58,365 nt of DNA, filler included, from Bipalium vagum (GCA_037834085.1; 3 parts of 3 records of this genome joined end to end with filler, not necessarily neighbours in it); one strand, 5' to 3'. Counted from the first letter of the whole stretch, positions 25,100 to 39,417 are shown. Notes: generated from the sequence alone by a model not told the origin. A program made the numbers and translations.

Positions 25100-25600
25100 A
25101 GATCACTGCATGCCTCCAGTCTTTTGATTTAGTAATAAATAAACCCTTCATAGATAAAATAATTAGTGAAAAATTATTACATTGAAAAAATGGAGAGGAA
25201 AACTTAATTAAGCCTAAAATTAATATTGTAGCTGAATGGGTACGGAAAGCATAGAACTCGATTTCTCCAGAAACTGTCCGTGTTGCCCTGGAAACAGCAA
25301 TATTTAAACACGATGAGTTTGGTCAAATTAATATAGATTGCTTAGCAAACAATCTTCATCAAGTTCCAGATTTTAAGGACATTTAACGTTTAGTAGAGGA
25401 AATCGATGACTTGGCAATGATTAATGAATAAATTTTACATTAAACTTCTCTTTTTTGTTCTTAAATTTATATTTTGTTTTCTTTAATTTTCTTAATAAGC
25501 CATTCAAATTTTTACAAGCCACTACCAGAATATAAGCCATTATATCAAGTTTTAAAAGTGTTGCAGTCCAAGCCACTGGTTAGTAAAAAGGGAAACACGA
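25100..25600 (+). mobile_element. pogo-like 3' remnant
   Basis: TACLQSFDLVINKPF and VAEWVRKA*NSISPETVR motifs. Confidence 0.65.
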
Positions 25601-28600
25601 TATTATTAATGAATCAATATATTATTAACAATATTGTCGTTATAATGTAACAATTCAGTTATATATATTGATAATCAATTAAATATTTTATTTCCAAATA
25701 ATGATGAAAAATCAATCGATAATATAATTTCTGTTATTATTTAGGACATTCTCTCACCTCTCCACCAGCTTTTCGAAACATTTATGCCTGAAATCGATAG
25801 ATCTACTCACAAAGAAATTTGCTAACCGCGTTTTAATATCATAATTTAGAAACTGGCGATTTTAGATAAAACCAAATGACATAAGAAGCTTAACTGTATT
25901 TTGTAGAGCAGAAAATAAATTTAAAAAACTATCTGAAATTAAATAAATTTGATACAATGAAACAAGACCATAAAATAATTAAATCACGATAAATTGTGAA
26001 ACTAATATTATTATCACAATTTAAATTTAACATCTTTCCAATGTAACTTTGTTATCATCCAAATTGATTATTATCTCTTTATTTTTGCAACGTTTTTTAA
26101 GTCACAGATTTTATCATCTCAGTTTGTAAGCTTTGAAGATATAAACTTATAATGAACAATCTTTTCAATGATGGACAAATCAATTGCTTAAAAAAGATGA
26201 GATGGAGAATGAGAAAAATATATTAGCGAATATATCACAGGCGATCCCAATTTATTAGGTAGATATCCTATAAGAAAGACCCAGAAAAGTTATGCGCTTA
26301 TTTAAGTTTAAGACAAGACAAATTTCTACTAAGAGGTTTATCTTTCAAAATCTTCCGTCTAACCCTAAATGAATTTTGGGACATTTATTTGTATTAGATA
26401 AGGATAATACGATTCGAAACCAAATCCATTTCCCAAGAATACATAAAAGGGTTGGCCGAATGGTGAAGACGTTCGTGTGAGAGTATCGGTCAGCCTACCT
26501 GCTTTCTATTTTTAGTAACAAATAAATCATTTTTCCAAATACACCCGTTTTCCACCAGATCTCCGCCGGAATTCCTTTCTATCACGTTTATGTTTTCTTT
26601 AATTGTAAAATATTGTCAAATCTTACATCGCTTCACAATTTCGATTGTCAAAACCCAAACCTGTGTTATGTTTTAATATTTAATAAAAGGACATTGGGAT
26701 TTTATGATGTCGCTTGCCATTTCCTTCACACTTCTGAAATTGATTTGCATATAGTCGTGATGGATAAATGTGCGATGGAGGTGTCAAGTATTCATCTGAA
26801 ATGCCAGCTTCAGAAAGTGACTTTTTATGATATCATTTTGCTACTTGTAAGCTGGGCTTGCCATTTAGAAATAGTGCGGGAGAGCGTCAGAAATTCGCTA
26901 TTTCATCTTGAAAAATATTAAATAATAACATCATTTTTTGGACATTTATTTCTATAATATTTTCTGCAAAGGCAGATCTCGGCAGATGGCAAAAGTCCAA
27001 CGATTTTATTGAACCGATCACAATTAATAGTAAATGATCTTTTTATTTCTATGATCCATGTCATGAAATCAAATATTCATTTTTCATTCATTGGTACCCT
27101 TTATTATTGTAAGCATATTTTTTTATGATAATTAATTTTATAATATTTTAAGGACTGTAACAGGAATACAAAAAAATTTTATTTAATAATTTAACAAAAA
27201 TTAATCTATATATAATATAAATTAAATATATAAGATAAAGTTACTATAACAAATATAAATTATATATAATATAACCATATAAAATATTTTATAAAAAGTA
27301 TTAAACATGTAAGTTATAATAAATAAGTATAATATTATTATTAAAATAATTAAATAACAATAGGAAATATCTGAAATTCAGATAAAATCAAATTATTTAA
27401 AAATAAATTCTATTTTAAATAATCGAATTTTAGTAAATCAATAATCAAATAATTACATTTTATAATTATTTCTTTTAAATAATTAATTTAAATCAATAAA
27501 TGTTATATATGGTTGAAATTTCTGTAATATGATAATTTGTTTAAATATTCTTATTTGTGGAAGAAAAAAATTTAACTGAACAAATGAACAAGTTGATAAA
27601 TCAGATAAATGTCATTAATATTTTTTATTAAATGAATATTTAAATAAATTTAATTTAATTTCATATATAATATCATATTAAAATAATATTTATTAAATTT
27701 TTTATAGACGTAAAATAAATTTAACTTTAATTAAATTATCCTTCTCACAAAACAAATGAGATATGCCGTAAAAAATAACAAAAACCTGGAACGTTTTAAA
27801 CAAAAATTTTTTTCAAAATGATTTTTTTTCTCCGGCCTACACATTTGATATAAAAATAGTGTCAGTTTATTTTATAGTAATATAATTGTGGTCCATACAT
27901 CCCCAAATCCAGATGTATTGTTTCTAAGCAGTGAAGCTTGAAAATAGGAGATATTTTTGACATCCATTATCTTGGATATTTATATGTTCGTCATGAAAAC
28001 GAAATCATTTCCTTCATTATATTTGTTTTAATCATATCTATTTAATATTGTTTTAATGATTTCCATAGAGAAGAACGTATTACAGTAAATATACAAAACT
28101 GACGCTTAATCAAAATTGAAAATTGTCTTTACTTTTTCATCTTTGGAATTAAAGGTTTTTTTAAAATCAATATTAATAATTAATATTTTTAAAAAGATTT
28201 ATTATAAATCAAGGTATTTGATTGGTTGATAACGTGTTGCTATTTTTATCCTCATATTTCATAACTATGACAAACATAAAAATTTGTTATGCAAAGAAAT
28301 CAAAATATTTAAATCGATCGGTAATACTTTCAAACTTAATCACACTTTAACGATTTTGCACATTTGTTTTAATGCATAATTTTTCTGAATATTGGAAGGA
28401 TTGATTCCAATTTTTGAAGCTAATATGCATTATTACATTAGAAAAAATAATTTTGCAATATCTATTTTAAAGATATCAAATAATCAATGGAAAAGTGCAG
28501 TTAAAAAGGAAATTTTCAAGTTTACAAAGTCTCATCCTGGTGAAATTTGCTTGACAAAACTAAAATCTAAATTTTTAATCAACTTTTTGCTTTAGAAGAT

Positions 28601-29145
28601 GGGATCTGAAAATATTAAAATTTTTCGTGCACCGCTGTTACGCAGTGATATCAGTACACCTGACATAAAATAGATGCAATGCGAGAAGATGAATATATTA
28701 CTGAAGAATTAGAAAAACGTTCTTTAACGATATGGAAAACACCTGTGGGTTCCGATGCATCTTACCAAACAAATGAAACACCTGGTTGAAGAAAATCCAT
28801 ATTTAACTCCAACAAGTCAAAAAGCTGGTACCAATATTACCCTTTCTTCTCATCAAAGAGTCTTTCAAGTTGACTTGTATCAAAAATATCCAAATGAGTT
28901 TCTCACATCATCAATATGTATATCTCAAAGAAGTTGAGGTAACATTGGAGCAGTACTTATTATGATTTGGATTGTTGATAAAGAAAATAGAGAATATGTT
29001 GAATTCCCAACTGTTCTATGTTAAATGTAACGATAATAAATAATAAAAAAGGTCTTAATAATAATAGGGATAAGTGTAAAAGAAATAATAGAAATATATA
29101 TGGAACGTATCCTTGACAAAAAGTGAATATTAAATTATTTTACTA

Positions 29146-30281
29146 TTAGATGAGTGCGTTGAAAATGAGCCTTTCTCAACAAGATAATGTACTTATTTAC
29201 AAACTATAAAAGGACACTAATCAAAGTCCTGAGGACACTAATTCCTCAGAGAAAAAAATCTTTATTTTTAACATGTTATCTTCTTGTGTTACCTTGACTA
29301 CCAACATAATAGTAGCTGCCTAGTGAGTGACCTATTTTTTAAACTCTTCAAAGGATTGGAAGTACTTCTGGACAATTGAGTGTTAAGTGAGTAGCCACAT
29401 GAAGTAGAACTTCTTATTGAAGAATCACTAAAATTTCCTGAACTTGTTTTGTAACAAGTAATCCAGCAAATGTCATACAGAAAAATAAAGTTATATGATC
29501 CTTTGTCAAATTCTGGTTACCATCCTTTAAATTCTTCTGACAACGTTGAACCAATTCATGATGAATGACAACCTTATGGTGGCTCCATATTTATTATATA
29601 GCCTCATTGTCGTGAAATGAGTCTTAAGAAGTCTGTTCACAACTCGCCGGGGTTGCAAATTTTTTTTGTGCACTTAGGATTATCAAAATAAATCCGTTTT
29701 TTAATCATTCGTTACAATTTGATACAGAAAACACTTCTTCTTTTTATGTCTGTAGACTTGAGCTCGAACGCTACCTATCTTGCTTTTTAAGAGATCAATG
29801 ACATGGTTTATAAGAGTGATTAAATGATGATCGACCAACACAATAATTTTGCAAGTTCAAGTTGCGTTTGACAAGGATCTGAAAACACTAATACATACAG
29901 ATCTTCATTTCCAAACTGTCTCTTATGTCCTAGGCATTCCTTATTTCCAACACTAAACTTCGTTTTTCTAAAATGTATAATACAAACCGTCTTTTGTAAT
30001 TTCCTAAAGATGGAGTATTGTCGCAATAAACCTCAGAACGTATTCTGTGAATTTGGACTGTCAATTTTCTGAGATTAGAATGAAACAGTATCACTTCGCG
30101 CAAATAGTGCTTATTTCGTATGTGAAAAAATATATATTGGTGCTAATATAAGAAAAATTTTTACTGAATAAATTTGAACAATATTCAAACTATATAATGC
30201 AAATTGATTCGTTTAAACAAAAAATTATTTTTATTAATACAGTTATTTTAAAAAATGCTCACTTTCAACGCACTGTCCTAA
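29146..30281 (-). mobile_element. Mariner element, degenerate but with both TIRs
   Basis: TA-flanked TIRs TTAGATGAGTGCGTTGAAAATGAGC / GCTCACTTTCAACGCACTGTCCTAA; motifs DPCQTQLELA and IYFDNPK. Confidence 0.85.
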
Positions 30282-31917
30282 TACATTAAAACAAAACATA
30301 AAAATCGATATTACTTTAGAGATAATCTAGAGCAAAACAAATGAGGTTATAACATTATATATTAACAGTAGTAAGATTTATTTGTAATAAATATATAAAA
30401 TGCTTTACAACAAATAAATGGAAAGAAAAGTATTATGAACGTTAATAAATCCACTTAGCCTTTATAATTAGATAATGAGGCCGTTCTCAAGAACGCAGTG
30501 AGAATTGTCGAGTGGAAGCAATATATTTCAGAAAATAAGATTATTAATTTTAAGGGGCAACAAGGCTGAAGAAATACGAGGAAGGATAATTTCCTTTCGA
30601 GGAAATCACAGAATTAATCAAATCATTCTTCCTGATGATTTAACAAATTAACTTGGTAGGCAGACCGATGCTGCCTTGGCTGCGTGGGTTGACGATGGGT
30701 CTCAGGTCATCCTTAATATGCTTCGTCTTATTGAGATTGCAGAGTAGTGGGACCACGAAATTGTTGGATTTGTATGGCTTATTTTGTATTTCGGCCCAAA
30801 AGAAAAAATTAAGTGTTTGAACTCATAAAAATAAAAAAGAAATGAAAGGAACTTTCTGTAGTGTTTATTCGTAAAGGGAGGCAAAGAAAAATAAATGGTC
30901 ACCACAAAGATTTTATGACACGTCTAAACCTTATAATCAACGAAATATTACATTACCTTCTAGGCTTACTGTCACATATCATTGTATGAGAGGCCTTTTG
31001 GTTTGGAAAATAGATGGGTCCATATTTGGATCAAGAAACCAGGTTTATGTAGGCCTTTTTGAATAATTTTTAATTCTGTATGTATATCATAAATGTAATA
31101 TTCCATTTAGTTTTCAATTAAGTTTGACTTAATAGAATTAATTTTTATATATTGTACATCTATTTCTGCAATTATAAGACGCAACCGGTACATCATGGGA
31201 AATCACATTTAAAGTGAAACATCATCAATTGACATCTCGAAGAAAATTGAACTTTTCAATACATTCAAAGTGATATCAAATATCGCGCTGAAAAGTATTG
31301 TAATAATGAAGCAGTAAAACAAATTTAATCAATTATCAATATTTAATTTATTAGCTGATATAATTCTCTGTTAACTTTTCTGACAACAATTTGTGTTTAA
31401 TCTGTACGGATAACAAATTGAGGGGTATCGCTAATGATTGTGAATATAAATACCACCTTGATAAGGACTCATGACCAAAAAGAGTCTTTTTCGTAATCCA
31501 TAAGGCATTCACCATTTTCATAACATTTGAGCTCGGTGTTCAGTATAGTTTTACCAAAAAAAATACCATAAAATATTGATTATATATGAAGCAGTAAAGC
31601 TGAAAAATGAAAATTTTATGAAATCGATTATTTCCTCTTACGACCTGAATTATTGAAGGAAATTTTTAGCAAAAACACTTCATTTTTTATTTTTCTTAAA
31701 TTATTTCTGTAGGAAAATATTTTATAAAATCAAGTGGAATCGAGCATGAATTATTTTTCGTTATTGTACAAATTTTGCATTTTCAATTATTAATATTAAG
31801 TCAGAGGTCATTGATGAAGGGCGTCACTTTTTAAAAAATCAATAGCAAAGGTAGAGAAAATCGATAATAATGCGTTCATCTGGAACGAAAGTGACAGAAG
31901 ATTATCAAAATTGAATT

Positions 31918-32470
31918 ATCTGGTGACCTGAAAAGGTTCAGTCTTTATTTTAAATAATAAGGAAACATCTTTTTTCTTATAACAAACAAGCTTTATTGAT
32001 TCAAATATGTTCCATTTCATTTGATAATATTTTGCCATTAATTCATAATGCCGCGATGTTGAATTTCTCTTTGAAACTAATAAGAAAATTAGACAGAGAA
32101 CAATGTCTGGACTACATGCTGGATGCATCGGAATTTTCCAGCCAGTCTCTTTCAATTTTTGAAGAGTCATTAAAGATATGTGCCTTGATGGCACACAAAC
32201 CATCTTCTATTGAGTACGTGTGAGTAAGAAGGTCAAACTTTTTCTTGCTTGATTTAATCTTTCAAGATGTTGACAATTGAATATCGTTAATTGTTTTCTA
32301 GGATATAGTATCTCATAATGTATGAATCCTTTCAAACGGCGTAAAACAGACATCAACGTTTTTTGAAGACAATCTTCCCTTTGTAATTGTTGGTGGAGCG
32401 TTATCATTTTTCAACTAAAACCTTTTTCTTACATTATTATTATATATGATCCCCTTTTTTGATCCGGTGA
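31918..32470 (-). mobile_element. Degenerate mariner remnant
   Basis: TLQKLKETGWKIPMHPACSPD and KGFIHYEIL motifs. Confidence 0.7.
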
Positions 32471-35339
32471 TAATTATAAAGAATTATGAAACTTTCTTAT
32501 AATCTTAATAATTCATTAAAATCAATAATTAAAATTGTTTTAATTATGGATTTTTATGTAGGAGCAGAAATTTGAATAAATAAATGTTGTTATTGTCAAT
32601 GACGTTTTATAAATGGAGTATAGACAAATTCAAAGTCTTTTTTTATACGAAGGACCCTTTTTTTCCAATAACATATTGCTAAGAAAATCAGATCAGAAAC
32701 GCGCAGCACTTAGTCGCAGAAAGGTATGTTACAAACGCTCCATCTCCTCTGATATGCAAGGTTTGTGGATTCAGAAATGAGTTCAAAACTTTAAATTCGA
32801 TGACGATAAAGAATTGACAAGATTAATTATATAATTAATACCTGTCAAGCTCATTCCTCATTGATCGTTCTATTAAATTTGACACAGGCATGTGTCCATA
32901 AGAAAAAAGCCTTTGTCATATTTATACACCTAATGTTTATTATTATCAATGTAATTTTATTATGTTACAGATAAATCAAGTTTTATATAATCGAGAAATG
33001 TTTCAGTGCCATCAACTTCGTTTGGGGGCGCGAATGTTTATTCGAAAATTAATTTAATTTTTAAAATTATTAATATAAAATTTCTTAAAAATTTAAAATT
33101 ACTATCAACTCGTTAATATAATCTTTAAATATATTTTAATAAATTATTTTAATTTATTTATGCAACATCCACCATTAAGAAATGTTAGTGGTATTATGAT
33201 AGATAAAATGTTAGACAGTATTTTAAAATAAGTTTCAAATAAATCAACTCAAGTTTAAATTTGTTTTAATAATCGACTGTTTTGATACAATTTATTTTCG
33301 CACTAATTTAAAATATCATGTGTATATTAATTAATTAATTAATTAATATTTCTGTAAATTTCTATTTACATTAAAATTTTTTTTTATTTTTCACGTTTTT
33401 TTATTGAATATTTAAAAAGTATACTCAAGTACTAAAAAATTTTATTTTAATGTTAAATAAATAAAAAATATTTGACGGAATAATGTTTTTATAGGTTGCG
33501 TAAAATCTTAAGAAAGCAAAATTGATAAATTTGATTTTTTTATTAAAAACTGAACAAGGTCATCTAAAAATTCATTAAATGTAGAACAGTTCTTCTTCAA
33601 ATATAACAATAATTATAATTTTCATAATAATATTCATAATCTTAAAAATAATAAAAAAAAATTTATTTTTTAATATTTTTATATTGCAGCAATTAATAAC
33701 AGCGTATAAAATATATTTCTAAAGTTTAAAGTGCAATATTTTTAATTTTTATATTTATTTATTTATATTTATATATATTTTAAAAATATTTTATTATTTA
33801 TTTAATTTTTAATTTAAATAAAAAATGAAAAAAATCGGTAATTAAATAATAAAATAGGAAATTGTAATAATAATAAAAAATAATAATAATAAAATAATAA
33901 AAAACTAATAAAAATAATAAAATAAAAAATAATAATAATAAAATCATAATTATCACAAAGTCACCTTCCTCGCAAAGTATAATTTTTGAAAATTTTTCCT
34001 GGCCCTAAATCAAATTGATAAAAGTGCAAAACGCTTTAGGAAAGATTTAACCCAGGATGAAATAAGCATTATTCCCAAATCAAAGAATCGTCCCTTTCCC
34101 CTGAACATTTCACAAATAAAGAAATATTTGATTTTATATATTTAAATTATATTTATCAAATTCCTTTGGGACGGAGATTAAAAAACAAAATTTATCCAAA
34201 ATATTTGAGGGTCAAATACTCATTTCATTTCTTTAAATAATATTTTTATTTTTAATATTATTAATATTATTTGATAGAAGCTGAATTATTATTTAAAATA
34301 TTATTATTATCAATATTATTATTTTAAAGATTTAGTTTAAATTAAAATTAAAAATTAAATTTTATAAATTTTGGAGTAATGAATTAAGCATATTCGTAAA
34401 TTAAAAGTTAAATAATTTTTAATGATTTAATAATGATTTTTTATAAATGAATGATTAATGATTAAACAAAAAGAATTATTTTACTTATATATAAAATAAA
34501 GGGAAAGCCCCTTTCGAGTACTCTATTATTTTCATATCATATTAATACATTCAATTTTGACTTAATCAGTTCAAACAATAAGGATACTGTGGCAGTAACA
34601 AATAATAATAATAATATTAATATTATCATTATTATAATTTTATTTTGTATTATTTTATTATTATCATTATTCTTATTGAATATCTAGGATAATAGAACGA
34701 AAAAGATTGTAAAATAATTTCAATTCTTTCCTAATATGGATTGAAGTGGAGAAAGATATTTTGTGACATTAATGGAAAAATGTATCAATGAGACCCCATC
34801 TATTTTGGTAATGCCTATTAGACAAAATTGCTTTCGATTGCGTTAAATGATGCGGAGTAATACTCTCAGTGTTCCTTTGTATTTTCCTACTTCATCAAAT
34901 CAACTCTATCCTGTTCCATTCCCCCAGGCTCAGACGAAATAGATTTCATTTATGAACATTTTTTTAGGACAAAGTCAGACGTATGAGTGAAAGATGGAGG
35001 CTTTAAATTTTGATGAGTTACAATAACGACGACGAAGGAGACTTGAACAGTTAGAAAATGTCATTCAATATACAAATGTTCAGGAATCGAAAAGGTTTTC
35101 TGATTTAGTTATTTGTCTTAAATATTGACAGCAAAATAGTAAGGTGCTGCGTAGTTTTTTAGAAAGATTTTACGGTTAAAGACGAGTATAGAACGAAATA
35201 GAATTCTATTTAGAATCAATATTCGTGGCACGCTGTAAGATGTTTCAAAGGCTCAAATTAAGTAATTGTTGCTTAACCAAGGCTTGTTACTATTTTTAGA
35301 ATTTTATGAGGTCCAATCGGAAAATTGATATTTTATCCT

Positions 35340-36200
35340 TTAATAATCAAAATATTGTGTCAAGGAATTAGTAGTTTTTATCTTTGGAATATATCCAAAT
35401 GAACACAGAAAAATATTTTTGAATGTCAGTCGGTGATATATTTTCAAGAAGACTGCAAAACCTGTGACTTTGTAATTGTAAAACTTCTGTAATTGTGCCT
35501 CAATATTTGGTCTCTTTGAAGAATTCTTCATTTTGAAACTTCTATACATTCAAATAATTTCGAGGAATCAACATTAGTAATAACGCGACGGAAATTTATG
35601 ATGCGAATATGGCGAATGTAGTGAGACTTATCATCCAAGCATCTTTACCTAAGTTAATCAAACAATGTGTGCTGTTATACAGGAAAAAACGTTTTCTGTT
35701 TCTTAAAATAGATTTCATATTTGGACTCAGTCTTCTAATTGTTGAGAATAGAGCTGAGTATTTATGGTGCTGTTTTTTTCCAATAGTTCCAAATACCAAA
35801 TATCATAGATATCAAACAGAACAGACAGTAACACGATTTTAGAATGTACCAGATTTTACACGGACGACATCTGCTTGGTTAAAATGCAATCATTGCTTGT
35901 TTCTATTGTTCTTGGTATAGAGAATGAATTTCTCATCTCCAGTTATCAATCAATCAAGAAATTGATCAGTTACTAATCGGGAGAATAATGAATGATAGTT
36001 CTTAGAATTCCACCCTCGTTTTGAAATTTTTACGAGACCCAAGTAATCAGATGCTGATCTTTTCAATGTTTTTAAAGTGTTCCAAATGGTTTTCAGATTG
36101 CAACCATATGTCACAACCAAATCATATGTGGTTTGCCAGGGATTTGATTTGATGACTGCTCGCAACACGTCATCATCCACGACATATGCGTCTCCGATAG
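35340..36200 (-). mobile_element. Degenerate mariner remnant
   Basis: DDDVLRAVIKSNPWQTTYDL and RLVTD motifs; limits approximate. Confidence 0.6.
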
Positions 36201-36600
36201 TCTATTAAATTTATTTTTTATTATTTTAATAAAAATTTAAGGATCAATAATTTTCAAATTCATAAATAAATTCAATAATTGCAAATTACTCATACATTAA
36301 TTAAACAAATTACAAATATGATATTAAATCACAATATTACTTATTCCTTAACATGATGTCATATTATTTATAAAAAATGTATCCTTATAAATTGTACTGA
36401 GACATTTTCAATGTTTACATAAAAATAATTTAATTTTTGTCAAACGAATTTCTTTTTTCAATATTTCTCTTGGTAAGCACGAAGGAATTTGATAAAGAAT
36501 GATTTTGTTGTGAAATCTGAAGTCAAAGATGTGGGAGAATCAAGATATGTTAATTAGAATTTGTTATGTTTAGGGAGAAAAATAATTAATAAGACACAAC

Positions 36601-37587
36601 GGTTCCCAGACAAATGTGAGCCGAGACACAGGTGCAACGCAAAACTAAAGAAAACTCGGATTAAATGAAAAAAATATTTTCTGCTAGGGATTTAATTGTC
36701 CATAAATGTTCATAAGATCATGAGGATATTTGGAAAACTCATCTTTCTCAGGTGACGTTTTGATATGGCTGGTGTGATATAATTAATAGCGCGATTTTTT
36801 GACTGTTGACATGGTCATTCATCACATTGATTTCTCAGATGTTCACTGCATCCACTCGTAAAATAAATGTATTTTTTGACATCTTTGGCTACAATGACCC
36901 ATATTTTGTCATAACCAGCAGAAATCATTTAATGTTGTCTCTCTGCAGTTTCAAAATTTGGATTATAGCACGCTCCATCATCATGTTTTGTTTTAAGGGG
37001 AGTACCTTTGTAGCTCTGAACTGTCTGTTATATTGTCTGCCTCGTTCCAATCATTCTTTAGTAAATCATTTACTTTTCTTATGTTTATTTCTTTAGAATG
37101 CATAGTTTTCCCCTTTTTATTTTCATTTTGGTTCTTAATTCTCGACGACTAATTATCATCAATTCTTTTGTTAATTGTTCCTGGTCCAGCTTAGCAATCA
37201 AAATTCTAGCCACTGGTCTTTCAATCTTTTTCATGTAAAAATTGATATGCTCATCTGTCCTTTTGTACTTCATGGTTTCCTCTAAGTCAATATTTTTTCT
37301 GGGAAATAACTTTCTTAAATGATTTTAGTTTATTAGTGATTCGTCCTGGTATTCATAGCCCTTACCAATGTCTCAATGAATTAAATATACCACTAATAAA
37401 CCATTTTAATGTAGATTATTCTAAATTTAGAAATACTTTTGTGGACAAATAGCAAATTAAATTCAGTGATTCTTACTGAGGAGGTCGTAAACACTACACC
37501 ACTTTTTAAATTGACACATTTCTGTGTGTCTCAGCTTATTCTATTTTGAGCTCCGCGTCTCACTATTGCCAGTTTGACTGTGGAATC
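36601..37587 (-). mobile_element. Possible Mutator-like (MULE) remnant
   Basis: Imperfect terminal inverted similarity (GGTTCCCAGACAAA..GAGACAC vs GATTCCACAGTCAAA..GAGACAC) with degraded coding-like interior. Confidence 0.35.
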
Positions 37588-39134
37588 ATAATCGTTAAAT
37601 CATTGTAAATTGAGGTATAACACTCATTGGCAAATTATTATAAAAATATAATAAAACTTTTATTTATTTATTTATAAAGTAAAATAGAAATATGTACAAA
37701 TAAGAAGAAATATAATTAAATAAATATAAATATAAATAAATATTTTAGGAATTTTTAAAATATTTTAATAAAAGTTTTTTTAATTTTTTTTCTTTTTTCA
37801 AATATTTTTTTGCAATTAAATTTTTTATTCTATTTAAATATTGGAAAAACTTTTTAAGAGAATTTATATTATTTAACGTGAAATTATATTAAAATAAATA
37901 TTTATTAAATATAATAATTTTTTAATAATAGAAGATTTTAAATAATAATTTTATTAAATTATAATTAAGAAAATTTTATCATTAGGAAATATTTTTATTT
38001 TATTTATTAATATTAAAAATTTACAATATTATTATTGGTCTAATAACTTTGTATGGGAGAACATAATAAATAAAAATTAAATAATTTTTAATTTATAAAA
38101 TTAATTTTTTACTTTATTTATAATGTTTTTAAATGTTTTAAACTTTATTTAAACTAATTCTTCTTGAAGATATTTATTTTCCATAAATTATATATAATTA
38201 TATATATGAATTAATAATAAAATAAAATATATAAAAAATAAATGCATTTTAATTATTTCTTTTTTATTTCATATTTATTTCATTATCCTAAAGGACATTT
38301 TAGAATAAAAAATTTTTTCTAGTAAATTTTTGAATATTCTTAAAGACCTCAAAAAGTTTAACCAACCTTCTTTCAGAGATAGTTTGCTATTAAAATAGTT
38401 TGTTATTATTATTAAATAATTTGTTATTAACTGCTTTCCATGCAGTTCCGTTTTTCGGAATCCAGTAAACCATGTCCCCCACTTGATCTTTTAATAAAAA
38501 TTTTTTTGGACCAATCAGATTGCGAAAAATGGTATAAAAATCCCCTGTCAAAACCACATTCAGTTGGAGTGGGAAATGATTCCAAATCGAATGGTTTTGC
38601 AAAATTACCAATCAAAATAAAATCCACGACATCCAATTTGTTTCATTTCGATTTTAATTTAATTTTAATTATTGTCATATTTATATTTTGAATATTAATT
38701 AAAACAAACATTATTTTTCAGAGCCGCCGTAAATATTTGATGATAAAATGAAATTAGCGAATTTTATTTGAGCAAATTAAATTTGTATAATTTTTAAATT
38801 TTATGAGCTCCCAGTGACAGAAGGACTTAGGGAGTTTGTGTGGCCTCTTTCGAGTTGAGAGAGATCCCATATACGCCCAGTAGATCACAATGGGGTTGGA
38901 ATACGAATATACTCTTACTGATCGGATCAAAGAGAACATTAATTTTTTTGAAAAATTTTGGGTTTTTTTTTAATAAAATGAAACAATTACTATTACTTAA
39001 TGAGAATTGCATCATGATTATAATTATTTCTTAAAAATTAAATTATTATTATAATTAACAATATATATAAAATAATAATAATAATAATAATAAAAAAAAA
39101 TAACCATTAAAAAAAAATTTAAAAAAAAAAAAAA

Positions 39135-39234
39135 NNNNNNNNNNNNNNNNNNNNNNNNNNNNNNNNNNNNNNNNNNNNTTAATTAATTAANNNNNNNNNN
39201 NNNNNNNNNNNNNNNNNNNNNNNNNNNNNNNNNN
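39135..39234. other. Artificial assembly linker N44-TTAATTAATTAA-N44
   Basis: Same 100-bp structure as 19824-19923. Confidence 0.95.
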
Positions 39235-39417
39235 ATTAAAAGTACAATTTTGATTCTTAACTTCAAATCAAGCGGCATTTGCTAAATCTAATTTTAAAAT
39301 ATTAAAACAAACTTAGATTTACATACTTTAATATTATATAAAAGAAATTTCAATCGATTGAATTTAATGAAAGATATTTAAGTTTACTTTCCACAGGGAC
39401 TTATTGGACACCCTGTT

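Noticed and set aside
31007-34807. Long-range complement AAAATAGATGGG (~31007) / CCCATCTATTTT (~34796)
   Set aside because: A 12-bp match is expected by chance in 19 kb of AT-rich DNA.
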